From the human T2T-CHM13v2.0 reference genome, Homo sapiens, in NCBI RefSeq assembly GCF_009914755.1, contig NC_060940.1: a stretch of DNA of 64,000 nucleotides; one strand, 5' to 3'. Both the position numbers and the translations under genes were made by a program. This document shows, one piece after another, positions 1-13,578 of the stretch. Under the pieces are notes generated by a model. The model ran no database searches. It worked only from the letters and a program-made list of their open reading frames with translations, and was not told where the DNA came from. The first letter of the stretch is position 1, and every line of letters starts with the position of its first letter.

Positions 1-500
1 CCCTTTTGCATGGAATATACAAGTAGTATGGGATTTACAGCCCAGTTACGGGACTTAGGATTAGCTGCGCTGGCATCTTTTGGGCATATTCTTCCTTTTA
101 ATGAATGAGCTTTCGCTGTTAATGAGGAATAATCGTTTGGCTAATGAGCTTTGAAACATTAAGAGAAAAGAGGTTTTTTCCGTTAATCGCTCTGGTGCGA
201 CTGCATGGATGGATTACAAAAGACAGCAATAGGAACGCAGTACAAAGGGGGGGACCTCTCCTGCAGTGGGAGAAGCACCGAGATGGGTGATGTGTCCCTG
301 CGTCTTTCCTTCCTTCTCTCTTTCGCTCTCTCTGCCAACTGCTATGGGTTTCCATAACTCTGCAATCAAAGTGGATGGTCGGGAAGGATTATTACACAGA
401 GTGAAGCCTCCGCTGTTAATGTCTCCAGTGTTTAATCATCATACAGTAGAATGGTTTTATGCATATTTCATTTGCATATCATTAAACTGTGTTAGTGAGG
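1..500. promoter_or_regulatory. Candidate conserved non-coding element / developmental enhancer (may extend beyond the window start)
   Basis: Repeat-free with retained CpGs. Dense TAAT/ATTA cores, three GGATTA sites (58-63, 211-216, 386-391) and an octamer ATTTGCAT (470-477). Conservation is inferred, not measured. Confidence 0.55.
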
Positions 501-1479
501 GGCATTCAGAACCAGGAGAAGTACAAAGTTGGGGAGAGAGGGAAGAAAAAAAGGTCCCTATGATGCTTATCTTCAAACGGGGACTTGTTCCATGATCTGT
601 CTTCTACTTTTGCTAAAATCATTATGACTTGGAAACCTTTGAAGTTGGATACAACCTTGGATTCTTCTAATTCCTGCAGAGCAGTGTATTTTACAAAACA
701 GCAGAAATGTTCCTGCACTAGACAATTAAAGGAATATAAACTCCAGTGGGCTGAAACTAGTAGCTCTTTGGGGAATGCAGTAGCAGAGGCTTCTACAAAT
801 ACCAACACTTAAAAATATATAATAAACAGCATCATATTAGAAACAAAGAAAACGAAGACAAGAAATATTAACACGTGGATTATATTTGTTTCTTTTGGGG
901 GGTAATGAACTAAAGAGAATGAAGAAGCCATCGGTAATTTATCCCTTCATTAATGAACAGTCACCTTTTTGTATGTGTTTGTTTTTGTCCTTTCTTTTTG
1001 AAGAGGGATGTTGTTACTTTTGAAGCAATTAGTCAATTATTTTGTAGCTCTGATCTTTTCCCCCTGCACCCGACAGGACAGAAAGGTGGTGGTTAGGGAA
1101 TATGTGAGTACTTGGGGAGGGGGGGACTTGGTGGGGAGAGAAAGAATACAGTGAGTTCTTTGTAGATCTTATACATGCACAACATATTAATTGGGGGCTT
1201 TTAAAGCTCCCTCAATGGGCTATTTCATTCCTGGTAAAACAGCAGCTGGTTAGCCACTATTGGTGACTCTTCAAATATTACTTCATTTTTATTCTGTCGC
1301 CGTTGTTGTTGTCTTGCTTTGTTTTTCCTCAGTTAAGAATGAAAATGTAGTATCACCCCCTCTTTAGTGAGTCTCTTCTCCATCTTCTTCACTCCAATTT
1401 CCAAACTGTAAAACAATGTTGGCTTAATACTGAGTCCTGGTGCACAGTCTAACTGGCACAACTTGATTTGGAAATGAGA

Positions 1480-2300
1480 TGCTGCTTTATATTTAAATTA
1501 CCCCGGCTCCCCCCTTATCCTCCAAAGCTTTGTCTCTGTTATGAATATGCAGATGAGGCCTGATGTGATTACACTGTACAATTACTCCTATCCATGGTGG
1601 TGTCAGGGGCTGCTAGGGAGACAGAGAGTCAGACAGCCTCCAAGCCAATACAGAGTTTTGTTTTCGGTATTTTTCCTATCTCCTTGGCACTGCGGCACAT
1701 GCAGATGTCGCTGTTGTTCTTTATAAAGCCCTAATGTATGCAAAAGCATAACGATTTGGTTTGGACGCAAAGCATCAACGAAATATTATGGATGTCTTCA
1801 AGAAAGGGGGAGAGAAAATCCTGACTGAAGGAATGTCCACATAAATTATTTTTATTTAAATGAATTCAAAGGATGGGATGAGGGCAAGTCAGACGGAGTC
1901 GCGTGGAAAACATGAATAATATTAATATGCATAAAGAATTCTCACCAACGAGGAGAAGCTCCTCACTACAGCTCTTGGGACAAACAGGTTCATTAGGAAA
2001 CAGCTCAGAGCGACTACAGCATTTTGCTATTTCAATTTTTTCCCTTATTTTAAATGAAGAGTCAGACAGATGTGTTTTCTTTGCATGGCAGCATTGAGAT
2101 GGATCCAATCTGCGAAATTTGCTGCCCAAATAGCATTTCTAATGGAAACTGGAACTAAACAAGGGCACGGATATGGGAGGGAGGGGAGAAGAGAGAATAC
2201 ACGAAGAAGAGTATATTCAGAGCCACTGCATGGCATTTTGAGTACAGGAGGTTTTCAGGAACGATCTTTGCTTCATTAGTCTCCCCTGTGGGCTCCTGAT
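1480..2300. promoter_or_regulatory. Second candidate conserved non-coding / enhancer block
   Basis: Unique, repeat-free sequence with scattered CpGs and POU/homeodomain-like motifs (ATGAATATGCA at 1541, ATGAATAATATTAATATGCAT at 1912). Confidence 0.4.
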
Positions 2301-3211
2301 GTAGGGAGCTATCAGGGTATACCAAGATGAGCACTGAGACAGGCCTTTCTAGGTCTGAGGCTGAGGAAAGCAGCGGCAACTTGGTGCCTGTCCCCCAGAG
2401 CTGTCTACAGTTCAGAAGCCAAAAGCACAGCTACTTCTAATTTGGGGATGCAGTAGAGTGCCTACTGATCCAGGTATTTGTGAAAGATGGAATTCTTGGT
2501 GCTATCATAGTATACATTGCTAAAGAGCAGATGAAATCGGCTGCTTAAGGAGGCCTGATAATATTTACGTTGGTTAATTCTCATGATAATGATAACTGCA
2601 CTTGTCTAGTATTTTCAGAATGTTAAAATTACCAGTGTGGCTTAATGCATGTTTACAATAAATAGAGAGGGACAAAGAGTGAATGAGCCTATTGGGTGGA
2701 TTCAAAACTGATAAAATATTTGGACTATTACTCATGGTCTCCAAGGATTAACAAAGAAAGTCAAAGAAGCAGTAGTCGGAAAAAAAGAGATTTTGTTACT
2801 TCCCTTGGGCAGGTGGACAGAGTTCAAATTACTTTCATAATTCAGCTAAAAGAATTTTATACTTCAGTTGAAATTACATGAAGACATTTTTGATCTGATA
2901 TACATATCTGCATAAATTTCTATTATGACATCATAACGTTGACCTGGAACTGGTCTGATTATAAGCATGTTCTAAATACTGTTGCTCTTCACCTATAATC
3001 TCTAAAACTTCCATTTATAAGTTTCTTTTAAGACTCCCCCTCCAATAATTTCCAACTGTTACACGATTCTCAACTGTTGGTACAGTGTACAAAACTACAG
3101 AGTACAGTGAATTGATGATTATTTGGAGAATGGCTATTTAATCTGAATTATTCATATTTAACCTCTTATACTTTCCATCTCTGTTGCCAGAATTACGGAT
3201 ATAGAATTTTG

Positions 3212-3305
3212 AAAGAATACATGTAAAGAATTAAGCACAGTATCTGCACATAACAAGCTCTAAATAAGTGTTAGATTTTATTACTGCTATCATTACTATT
3301 ATTAC
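3212..3305 (+). mobile_element. MIR SINE 3' fragment
   Basis: tgtaaagaattaagcacagtatctgcacataacaagctctaaataagtgttag plus an ATT-rich tail resembles the MIR 3' end. Confidence 0.6.
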
Positions 3306-3689
3306 TTCAGTGTGTTGGTTACCATTTGAGAGAAATAAGGAAAAGAAAATAAAATTCAATTTAAAATTCAACCTTTACTTTCACTATTAAATAGCAATGC
3401 AGGTAAAAGGCTGAGTGGAAAAGCATTAAATAGATATTCATGGTGAATAGACTGTGAATGATCTGTAATCAGAAGTCAAACTACAGCTTATGTCAATGCA
3501 CACTAGACCCATGAAAGAGTTCCATTAAAAATGTATGTATAATTCTGAAATTTTCATGTTGCATGACATGAATAGTCTGATAAGAGAGTTCTATCGTGGT
3601 TGGTATGGAGGGTTTTGGGAACTGAAAGGTGCTCATTATTTAACTACAATGATGAAGCAATGCCAACTTTCAGTCTTTTTTTTTACAAA

Positions 3690-6600
3690 AATAAGTTATA
3701 TTTTTGAATAAGTAATACATTACAATGAATTATCAATAATTTAAATAATGTAGAAAGGAAAAGGTCTCTGTCTTTTCCCTCTTCTACCCATGAGTTCCTC
3801 ACCCAACCCCCAAATAAGTAATCACTGTTACTGTTTTCTTGTTCATTCTACCAGCTATTAATATATTAAGAAGATATTAATATAGTCTCTCTCCTATATC
3901 TTACACAAATGATACTTTTTACCAATATTCCTTAGAATTTTCTGTCAACACAATAAGTTCATTTGTGACTAGACAGCTTCATTTCCAGTAATCGTGCCAA
4001 TTATTCCTTTTTCCTTATTTCATTGGTGAGGACATCTAGTACGATGTTGAATAGAAGTAGTGATAGGTGAGTGTAAACATCCTTACCTTGTTTGCAATCT
4101 TAGGGGATGTCACTGTCTTGTTCATGGTCTTAGGGGAAGAAGAATTCAGCCTTTCATTACTAAGAATTATGCCCTTTATCATGTGAAAGAGGTTTCCTTC
4201 CATCCTTAGCTAACAATTTTTCAAAAAATCATGAATGGTTATTAAATTTTGTCAAATCATTTTCAGCCTCTATTGAAACAAATAACAGCTTAAAGCTGTG
4301 AGTATAGTGAACTACAATGACTGATTTTCATATGCTAAACCAACCTGGCAATCCTGGGACAATGCCCCATTGATCATGATATATTAATCTTTTTGTATAT
4401 TGCAATAATTGACCTGCTAACATTTTGTTAAGAATTTTTGAATCCATGTGCATGAGAGACATTAGTCTATAATTTTTTGGGGGATGTAATAACTTTGACA
4501 TTGTTATCAGGGTCTTGCTAATAGCATAGAATGAGTTGGAGAGTGTCTCCCTCCTCTATACTCTGAAAAAGTTTGTATAAGATTATTATTTTGTCCTTAA
4601 ATGCTAAATTCAATTAATCAGTAAAGCTATGAGGCCCGGGGATTTCTTTGTGGACAGTTTTCATATAACAAATTCAATTTTTTTTTTTTTTTTTTTTTTG
4701 AGACAGAGTCTTACTCTGTCACCCAGGCTAGAGTGCAGTGGCATGATCACAGTTCACTGCAGCATCAACTTCCTGGGCTTAAGTGATCCTCCCACCTCAG
4801 CCTCCTGAGTAGTTGGGACTACAAGTGTATGCCACCACACCTGGCTAATTTGTTTTTATTTTTATTTTTTGTACAGACAGGGTCTCACTTTGTTGCCCAG
4901 GCTGGTCTTGAAGTCCTTGCCTCAAGCGATCCTCCTGCGTCAGCCTCCCAAAGTGCTGGTATTACAGGCATGAGGCATTGTGTCTGGCCTACAGATTCAA
5001 TTTTAGAAAAATGATCTTGGATTATTCAGATTTCTAATTTATGTTAATTTTGGTAAGCTGGGGTTTTCAAAGAATTTGTCTATTTCACCTTAGTTATCAA
5101 ACTGATTGGAATACATTTGTTAATAATATCCTATTATCCTTTTTCTTATCTGTCAGAATTTTGGTGATGTCCTTATTTCATTTGTGATATTGGTGATTTG
5201 TTTTTTTCCTTCAGCTTTTTAAAATCAATTTTATTAATCTTTTCAGAGAATCAATCTGATTGTTAATTTTTTTATTTCAACTCCCAATTTTATAATATCC
5301 TTTCTTCTATTTACTTTGAGTTTAATTTGCTTCTCTTTTTCTAGATTCATAAGGCAGAATCTTAGATAATTTTACACTTTACTTCCTATAACAGATGTGT
5401 AAAGTGATATATTTTCCTCTAACAACTGCTTTAGCTGCATCACACACATTTTCATAGGATGTGTATTCATTCTCATTTAGTTGAGATTAAAAAAAAATTC
5501 CCTTGTCATTTTTTAAACATGTTAAGTATATTATTTAATTTCTAAATATTTGTTTTTTTTCTAGGTATCTTATTACTATAAATTTCCAACTTAATACCAC
5601 TGTTTCAGGGAAAATATTCTATGTAATTCCAACTCAAGACTTGTATGCCCCAACATAAAGTCCATCTTTCTGAAATTCCATGTGCATTTGAGAAGAATCC
5701 ACTGTTGTTCTGCTGTTGTTGATTTTCTCAGTTAAACATTTGATTTCCATTCAGTTAATTTTTGTTCTTATTATTTTTTGCCTTCTACTTTCTTTGGGCT
5801 TCATTTTACATTTTGTTTCTAGCTTCTTGATGAGATATTTATATCATGATTTTTCAGCTTTTTTTCCTTTTAAACATGTATTTAAAGGTTATACATTTTC
5901 CTCTAGGAACAGCTTTAGATAGAACCCCAGGTTTTCACGTCATGTTTTGATTATCATTTGGTTCAAAATACTTTCTAATTTATACCATAGTTTCCTCTTT
6001 TGCCTATAGGCTATTGGATTCGTCTTTTATCCAGTCTAACAACTTGTCTTTCAACTGCAAAATTGAGTCAATTTACATTTAACATAATTACTGATATATT
6101 TTGCATTATATACATATCATCTTATTGTTTCCTATATGTTCTGCCTGATTTACGTTCTTCAAAATCTTTTTTGCATCATTTATAATTAATCAAGTCCTTT
6201 TCTTATTACATTTTTTCTCTTTTAGTTTGGTAGTAACACATTATTTTACTATTAAGTGGTACCCTAAATATTGCAACATACATCTCGGACTCACTATAGT
6301 CTATTATAAATTGGTACTTTTGTCACTTCCCAGACAATGCTAGAACTGAAATTGGTATTGTTTTGTTTACTTCCTCCCACCTTTTGTTATTATTGACATG
6401 CATCTCATCATTCATATATTTTAAGTCTCGCAAGATATTTTCATTTTTCTATTTTGCAGTCAAGATTCATTCAGACTCACTCACATATACACCTTACGCA
6501 CTGCTCTGTGTTTCTTCTTCCATTTTGACATTTCCTTCTGAGGTCATGTTTCTTCTACCTAAATAACTCCCTTTGGTGTTTCTTTTAGGTTGGGTATGCT

Positions 6601-7650
6601 GCTGATAAGTTCTCTCAGTTTTTGTTTTCTTACAGTTATTTTCATCTTCAATTTTCAAGTATATTTTCATGGAGCACAGAATTCTAGATTGGCAGTTATT
6701 TTCTTTCTGCTTTTAAAAGATGTCATTCCATTGTCTTTTGAACGCCATCATTTCGTTGAGAAGTCAGCTGTCAGTCTTATTGCTGCTTCCTTCAAGTAGC
6801 ATGCCTTCTTTTTTTGTCTTCACTTAAGATTTTCTCTTTCAACTTCAGAAGTTTTACTAATGTGCCTAGGTGTGATTTTCTTTGTATTTATCCTGCCTGG
6901 GATATCTATGGCTTAATATCTTTCCTCTTTTTGGAAATTGTTAGTCCTTAGCAGTTTGAAAATTACCTACTGCAATCTTTTTTTACCTTGTAGGATTCCA
7001 ATTACACATACATTAAATATTTTCAATGTATCTCCTATGGGCTTTATGCTGTTTATTTTCCAGCCTTTTATCCCTTCATGTTTTGGTTTCAGCATTTTTT
7101 AACTGATCTAGCATACTCAACAATTCTCTCTTTATTTCTAATCTGCTATTAAGCCTATTTATAAATGTCTTAATTTAAGTTGCTGTATTTTTCAGTTCTT
7201 GAATATACATTTAATTCTTCTTTTGTAAGCTGCAGTTCTTTTGTTCTCCAACATATTATCATTTTAGAGCTATTTAAGAGCCATATCTGATAAGTATATC
7301 TGATCCACTTCACTGTGGATCTGTTTCTGCTGTCTGCTTTTTTCCCCCGTTTTGGTCCTGTGTTTTGCTATTCCTAGAAAGTACTGAATGGATGCCAGAT
7401 ATTGTGTGTGAAAAATTTTAGAAGTTCTGGAAGATATCTTCTTTTGAAGAAAAATTACCATATCACCTGGGAGGTAGCAGGATAGAACAAGGGCAGATTA
7501 CCTCAATCCAATAAAAGAGTAAATTGGCTTTGAAGCTAGGTTATAGTCTTTTTAAGACTTACGTTGCATCTGGTTCATCTCATCTCTTAGGTCCCATTTC
7601 CTTGACAGACCCTGACCCCTGATTTTTGTCTTCCCAGCACTATGAGATTA
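3690..7650 (-). mobile_element. Old degenerate LINE-1 (L1M/L1ME-type) fragments, interrupted by AluJ
   Basis: Antisense L1 ORF2 hallmarks (aggacatctagtacgatgttgaatagaagtagtga; gaatgagttggagagtgtctccctcctcta) and a 5'-region motif (gagaagtcagctgtcagtcttattgctgct). Ends approximate. Confidence 0.8.
4678..4989 (-). mobile_element. AluJ
   Basis: Poly-T plus full dimer with J-type motifs (gatcctcccacctcagcc; gggtctcactttgttgcccagg). TSD acaaattcaattt / acagattcaattt. Confidence 0.95.
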
Positions 7651-7784
7651 CTGAAAGCTCTACTGGGCTTTCAGTAGATTTCGCCTTAGGATCTTATTCT
7701 GGAAAAGACAAACCGAAACTCTGAGCTATACTCTTATTAAAAAATCTCTCTGAAATAATACCATCAAAAAAGTGATGACATTTG

Positions 7785-7950
7785 TTCTTTGTGAACCTGT
7801 ATTTATTCCTAGTAATGAAACTGAGAATAATTTCTCCTCTGATTCAGACTTTTGGCATCCCTCCCAAACTGCATTTTTTTTAAATCTGCAATTCCTTAAG
7901 CTTAACTGCAGATGTAATTCTTCAGGATCAATGGCAAATTATCACAGTAC
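7785..7950 (-). other. Candidate terminal exon of a minus-strand transcript
   Basis: Acceptor cttattattttcatag|G at 7951/7950, frame YCDNLPLILKNYICS with stop 7904-7902, AATAAA at 7807-7802 and a downstream T-rich tract. Confidence 0.3.
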
Positions 7951-8080
7951 CTATGAAAATAATAAGCGTGGGATAGGAGACTTGAATTCCAGTAATGAGT
8001 TGTTCTCTTTCAATCTATGTGACTGATCCTGTGCTGCAATCCTCACTAATCAATGCTAGTTTTGTCCTTTCCTACCCTAG

Positions 8081-8473
<393 letters not shown>

Positions 8474-8915
8474 TAGTAATCTCTTAACAGGACATGAAAA
8501 TCCTGCAGCGCAAGTCTCTTTCTTTCACTTTTCCCTAGAAGCAACCCACAAATTCTTGCCCTTATATGCTCCTCCTTATATTTTAAATATAATCATTTAT
8601 ACCTAAATTTAATATGAAATCACATTGGTCTTCTTTACATTTCCCTCTCCCCCATTTCCTGAAAAGGGGGGTATTATTTTATTCATCAATTACAGACAAA
8701 CACACTGCTACTTTAAAGACTGGTTGCAATATAAGCAATAAGTCAATAACTATACAATGTGATATGTGTTAGGTGCAATTTTAGTGTTATTTTGTTATTT
8801 CCATTTTTTTTTAGCTTTCTTCTTCTTCTTCTTTTTTTTTAGAGATTATGTCTATGAAGTTATATTTACCCGTTGTCTGAAGGTTTTCAAAATCTGCCTT
8901 ATAACGTCTATGGTA

Positions 8916-9057
8916 ACACTGTCCAAAAGAACTTTCGGAAACTATGGAAATGTGATTTCTAATAGGGTAACCAATAGCTAGTACAATGGACCAAATCTTT
9001 CATTTAATTTTAATTTATTAAATTTAAATAGTCACATGTGGCTAGGGGTGACTATTG
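8916..9057. mobile_element. MER3 (hAT-Charlie MITE), internally deleted
   Basis: ctgtccaaaagaactttc...ggaaatgt at the start and aaatttaaatagtcacatgtggctag at the end match recalled MER3. Confidence 0.75.
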
Positions 9058-9723
9058 TTCTATTTGTTTTTAACCTATAAGTTCTTAGGTGTTGATCAAA
9101 ATTAGGTTCATATAGTTTCCCTATAATTTCTTTCATCTATTGAGGATGCAGATTATTAGCAAGGCAAGGCAAAAATATGCCCAAAATTCAACTTTTAGTA
9201 AAATGGATTTTGAGAATGTATTTGAATAGCTGATACACATGATTATTATATCCTGAGTCTATACTTTTTAAAAGGATCTGAATCAGGATTTCTAGAAATA
9301 TACTACTTATTTGACCAAGCAAATTATAGCATATCCTTTTGAAGCAATTACTTCTGATCTCTACTTTTATGCTTACCCAGGTGCTTTCTATCATGTTTCT
9401 TCTCAAATTCAGCTCCCAACTGCCATTGTATAGTCATTTATGAATGCCGTGTCTAGTCAAGAATGCAATCTCATGAAAGAGAATGCAACTAAATGGCCAA
9501 CTTTGAGATTAACACAAAACTTGTAACTAATTATTACAATGCTTATGTGTGCTTCTATATATGTGCAGATAGATACATACATAATGCATGTATTTTATAG
9601 ATTTGCATGAAGTAGAAACAACATTTTCCAGAAGGATGAAATAAATGATTAAATTTAAAGAATTCAGTGTAAAGAATTTAGTTTTATGAAGTGAGGGATG
9701 TCCTGTATTAAGAATTAATTACA

Positions 9724-10006
9724 GGCTGGGTATGGTGGCTCACACCCACAATCCTAATACTTTGGGAGGCCAAGGCAGGTGGATCACCTGAGGTCAGGAG
9801 TTTAAGACCAGGCCTGGCCAACATGATAAAACCCCGCCACTGCTAAAAATACAAAAATTAGCCGGGTGTGGTGGCACATGCCTGTAATCTCAGCTACTCA
9901 GGAAGCTGAGGCAGGAGAATCGCTTGAACCTAGGAGGCAGAGGCTGCAGTGAGCCAAGATCACGTCACTGCACTCCAGTCTGAGCAACAGAGCAAGACTC
10001 TGTGAC

Positions 10007-10033
<27 letters not shown>
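9724..10033 (+). mobile_element. AluSx-like
   Basis: Full dimer, ggatcacctgaggtcaggag, long pure A tail. Confidence 0.95.
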
Positions 10034-10404
<371 letters not shown>

Positions 10405-11269
10405 TTAATAGAATCAGATGTTATCTGAAAGTAAATGAAACTAGAGAAATAACATGTGGACTCTCATAATATCTCCCAAATTTGAGTATTGTGCAATACG
10501 TGTGTTCAATGCATATATGAAATATATGAACTGATTTCTAGATAAGCATTTAAATATTTTTCTAATGAAATATGTTTGTCCATATTTTAGTGGATCTCAA
10601 TGTGAAGGGATGATAGTTCAGGTTTTGGAATAATACAGACCTAGGAATTCTGTAATATATAGCTCTAATTATGATGTTTCCTGGCCTCAAAAATAAGTTA
10701 GCAGCTTTCCCATGATGTCTTTTTGATAGTATTTCAAGAGATTAAAGGTGCCAGTCAACATTATTTAAGAATGTCCTCCTTTAAAAACTTTAATTGTAAA
10801 AAATTTAAGATTTGAAACAGATAATTAGAGAATTAGTCACGTTACAAATGGATTCTTTACTTGTTACAGGCTTCACCCAGAATTAACAAGCCTCTATGGG
10901 CATTAAAAATAGTATTATGTTTTTACATTTTTTTTGTAAAATTACTTACAAATTTTCAGGAATTTTTTTTTTATCACACAGAATAAGATATACCTGTCTT
11001 TGGGATAAAAATACATAACTATCAACACAGTTATAATAAAAGTGCTTCATATTAATTCCCATTATAATTATACCTTATATTTGTCTAGGACTTTACAATG
11101 TACAAAGCACTTTCACATACACTGTTTCTTTTAAAAGAAAGGCATCACAAGAAAGTGAACTGATACAATTTTTGTTTTCAATGAATAGTGGCACTCTTAA
11201 AATGGAGATAGAAACCATGCCTATCACGTTATAACAACAACAAAACACATTTTGCTGAGCTTCTCAAAA

Positions 11270-11525
11270 GGAGGTATGGCAAAGCATAGGTTCTGGAATC
11301 AACAGGACATATAATGGGATCCTAATTTTACTTACTTACTAGCTGTGTGACTTTGAGCAAGCTACTTAACTTGTCTGTACTTCATTTTCCTCATCTGTGA
11401 ATCCAGAATTTGGACCTCATAGAGTCAGATTAAATGAAAAACATTTTACATATCCTAAAGCAACGCACAGAATTGCTATGATACTAGGTATATAGTAGGA
11501 ACTCAATAAATAAAGATGATAATGA
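11270..11525 (+). mobile_element. MIR SINE
   Basis: Core acttactagctgtgtgactttgagcaagctacttaacttgtctgtacttcattttcctcatctgt; 3' end gtaggaactcaataaat. Confidence 0.85.
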
Positions 11526-12627
11526 AAATAATGTTACTTTTATTATTAAGATGATCTATTTTCACTGATCTTCATAATCTTTCAACAAAACATACTACAC
11601 AAAGTAAATAATTAGATATGACAATGACTGATCTTAGATCATAGATCAGGTGAGGAAGAAAGGTGAAAGTCTATTTTGGAAGCAGATGAGACACTACACC
11701 ATGGGAAATGGAACTCACTAGAAAAAATCGAGGTTACACCTAAACTAGTTTAAATTTATGATATTTAAACAGGGTAGAAACTTATACTAAAGGCATCACA
11801 GGCAATTTTGCTTTAAGGAGAGTAAAATGGAAGCCCGTTTGTGATGTGCATGTTAAATGAAAGAAAACAGAATCATATCTGTAAAATAAGAAGTAATATC
11901 ATATAAAGTGAAGAGGGGTACAGGGAACATAAGGCTAGAATAGTTTAATTTGTATAAGCATATTAGCTCACTTAGATTGATCATACAAGGATAAAAGATT
12001 GACCTGAAGTTTGGCATAAAAAAACTCTCTGCTCCTAAGCAAAAGACCCTAATGAGTCTCCTTACAAACGTGTGCTGTCAGTTAAACAAGGAGCCTCAAC
12101 TTAAAGTGTTTACTGCTTAAAGTAGCCCATCACTATTATTATATAAACAATTGAAATTATAGGCCCTATTTACATAAAGTTAATATCATCTTTGCATTAA
12201 CAACATTTGCTGATTGTTGAATTTGTCTTGAAGTTCTTCTTTCAGAGTGGAACATTTACTCAGAAAATTAACATTATTTAGGGTCTACTGCAGGCATATC
12301 TCAGAGATATTGCAGGTTTGGTTCCATACCACCACAACAAAGTTAATATTGCAATATAGTGAGTAGCACGAATTTTTTTTGTTTCCCAGTGCATATAAAA
12401 ATTATGTTTACACTATACTGTATAGTCTAGTAAGTGTACAATAGCATGTCTGAAAAGTGTGCATACCTTAATTTAAAAGACCTTATTGCTAAAAATTGCT
12501 ACCAATCATCTGAGGCTTCAGTGAGTCATAATCTTTTTGCTGGAGAAGGGTCTCGTCTCGATGTTGATGGCTGCTGACTGATCAGGGTGGTGGCTGCTGA
12601 AGGTTGGGGTGGCTGTGGCAGTTCCTT

Positions 12628-12659
<32 letters not shown>

Positions 12660-12757
12660 TAGACAGAGTCTTGCTCCATCTCCCAGGCTGGAGTGCAGTG
12701 GCACGATCTCGGCTCCCTGCAACCTCCGCACCCAGGGTTCAAGCAATTCTTGTGACT
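12628..12757 (-). mobile_element. 5'-truncated Alu (right-arm 3' part) inserted in Tigger1
   Basis: Poly-T plus about 95 bp of Alu. TSD ctgtggcagttcctt (12613-12627) / ctgtggcagtttctt (12761-12775). Confidence 0.9.
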
Positions 12758-13080
12758 GGACTGTGGCAGTTTCTTAAAATGACACAACAATGAAGTCTGC
12801 TGTGTCAATTGACTCTTCTTTTCATGAAAGATTTCTTTGTAGCATGTGTGCTGTTTGACAACATTTTCCCTACAGTACGATGTCTTTCAAAATTGGACTC
12901 AATCCTCTCAAATCCTGTTGCTGCTTTGTTAACAAAATTTATATATTATTCTAAAACCTTTGTTGTCAATGTCAACAATGTTCACAGCAGACTCCATCTC
13001 AAGATGGAGTAGATTCCATGTTAAGAAACCACTCTCTTTGTTTATTCATAAGAAGCAACTCCTTATCCACTCAAGTTTTA

Positions 13081-13578
13081 TCATGAGATAAAACTTGGGA
13101 ATATTTTGAAAGGAATCTTTTTTTCTGAGCAGTAGGTCTCAAAAGTCGGCTTAAAATATTCAGTAAACCATGCTGAAAGCAGATGTGCTGTCATGTAGGT
13201 TTTGTTATTCCATTTGTAGAGAACAGGCAAAGTAGATTTAGCATAATTCTTAAGGGCCCCAGGATTTTTGGCATGGTAAGTGAGCACTGGCTTCAACTCA
13301 AAATTACCAGCTGACCCTAACAAGAGAATCAGCCTGTACTTTGAAGCTCTGAAGCAAAGCATTAACTTCTCCTTTCTGGCTATTAAAGTCGCAGATGGCA
13401 TCTTCTTCCAATAGAAGGCTGTTTCCTCTACATTCAAAATCTGTTGTTTAGCGTAGTCACTTTCATCAATTATCTTAGCTAGATATTCTGGGTAACTTGC
13501 TGCAGCTTTACCATCAACACTTGCTGCTTCACCTTGCACTTTTATGTTATGTAGATGGCTTCTTTCCTTAAACCTCAT
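13081..13578 (-). pseudogene. Tigger1 transposase fragment (non-functional)
   Basis: [23 protein letters not shown]...[17 protein letters not shown] is pogo/Tigger DDE-type. The NVDET motif reads NVEET and the flanking frames are broken. Confidence 0.9.

Noticed and set aside
119-812. Overlapping ORFs of 75-109 aa on both strands
   Set aside because: No recognisable domain, mostly non-ATG starts and no exon structure. Better explained as non-coding sequence.
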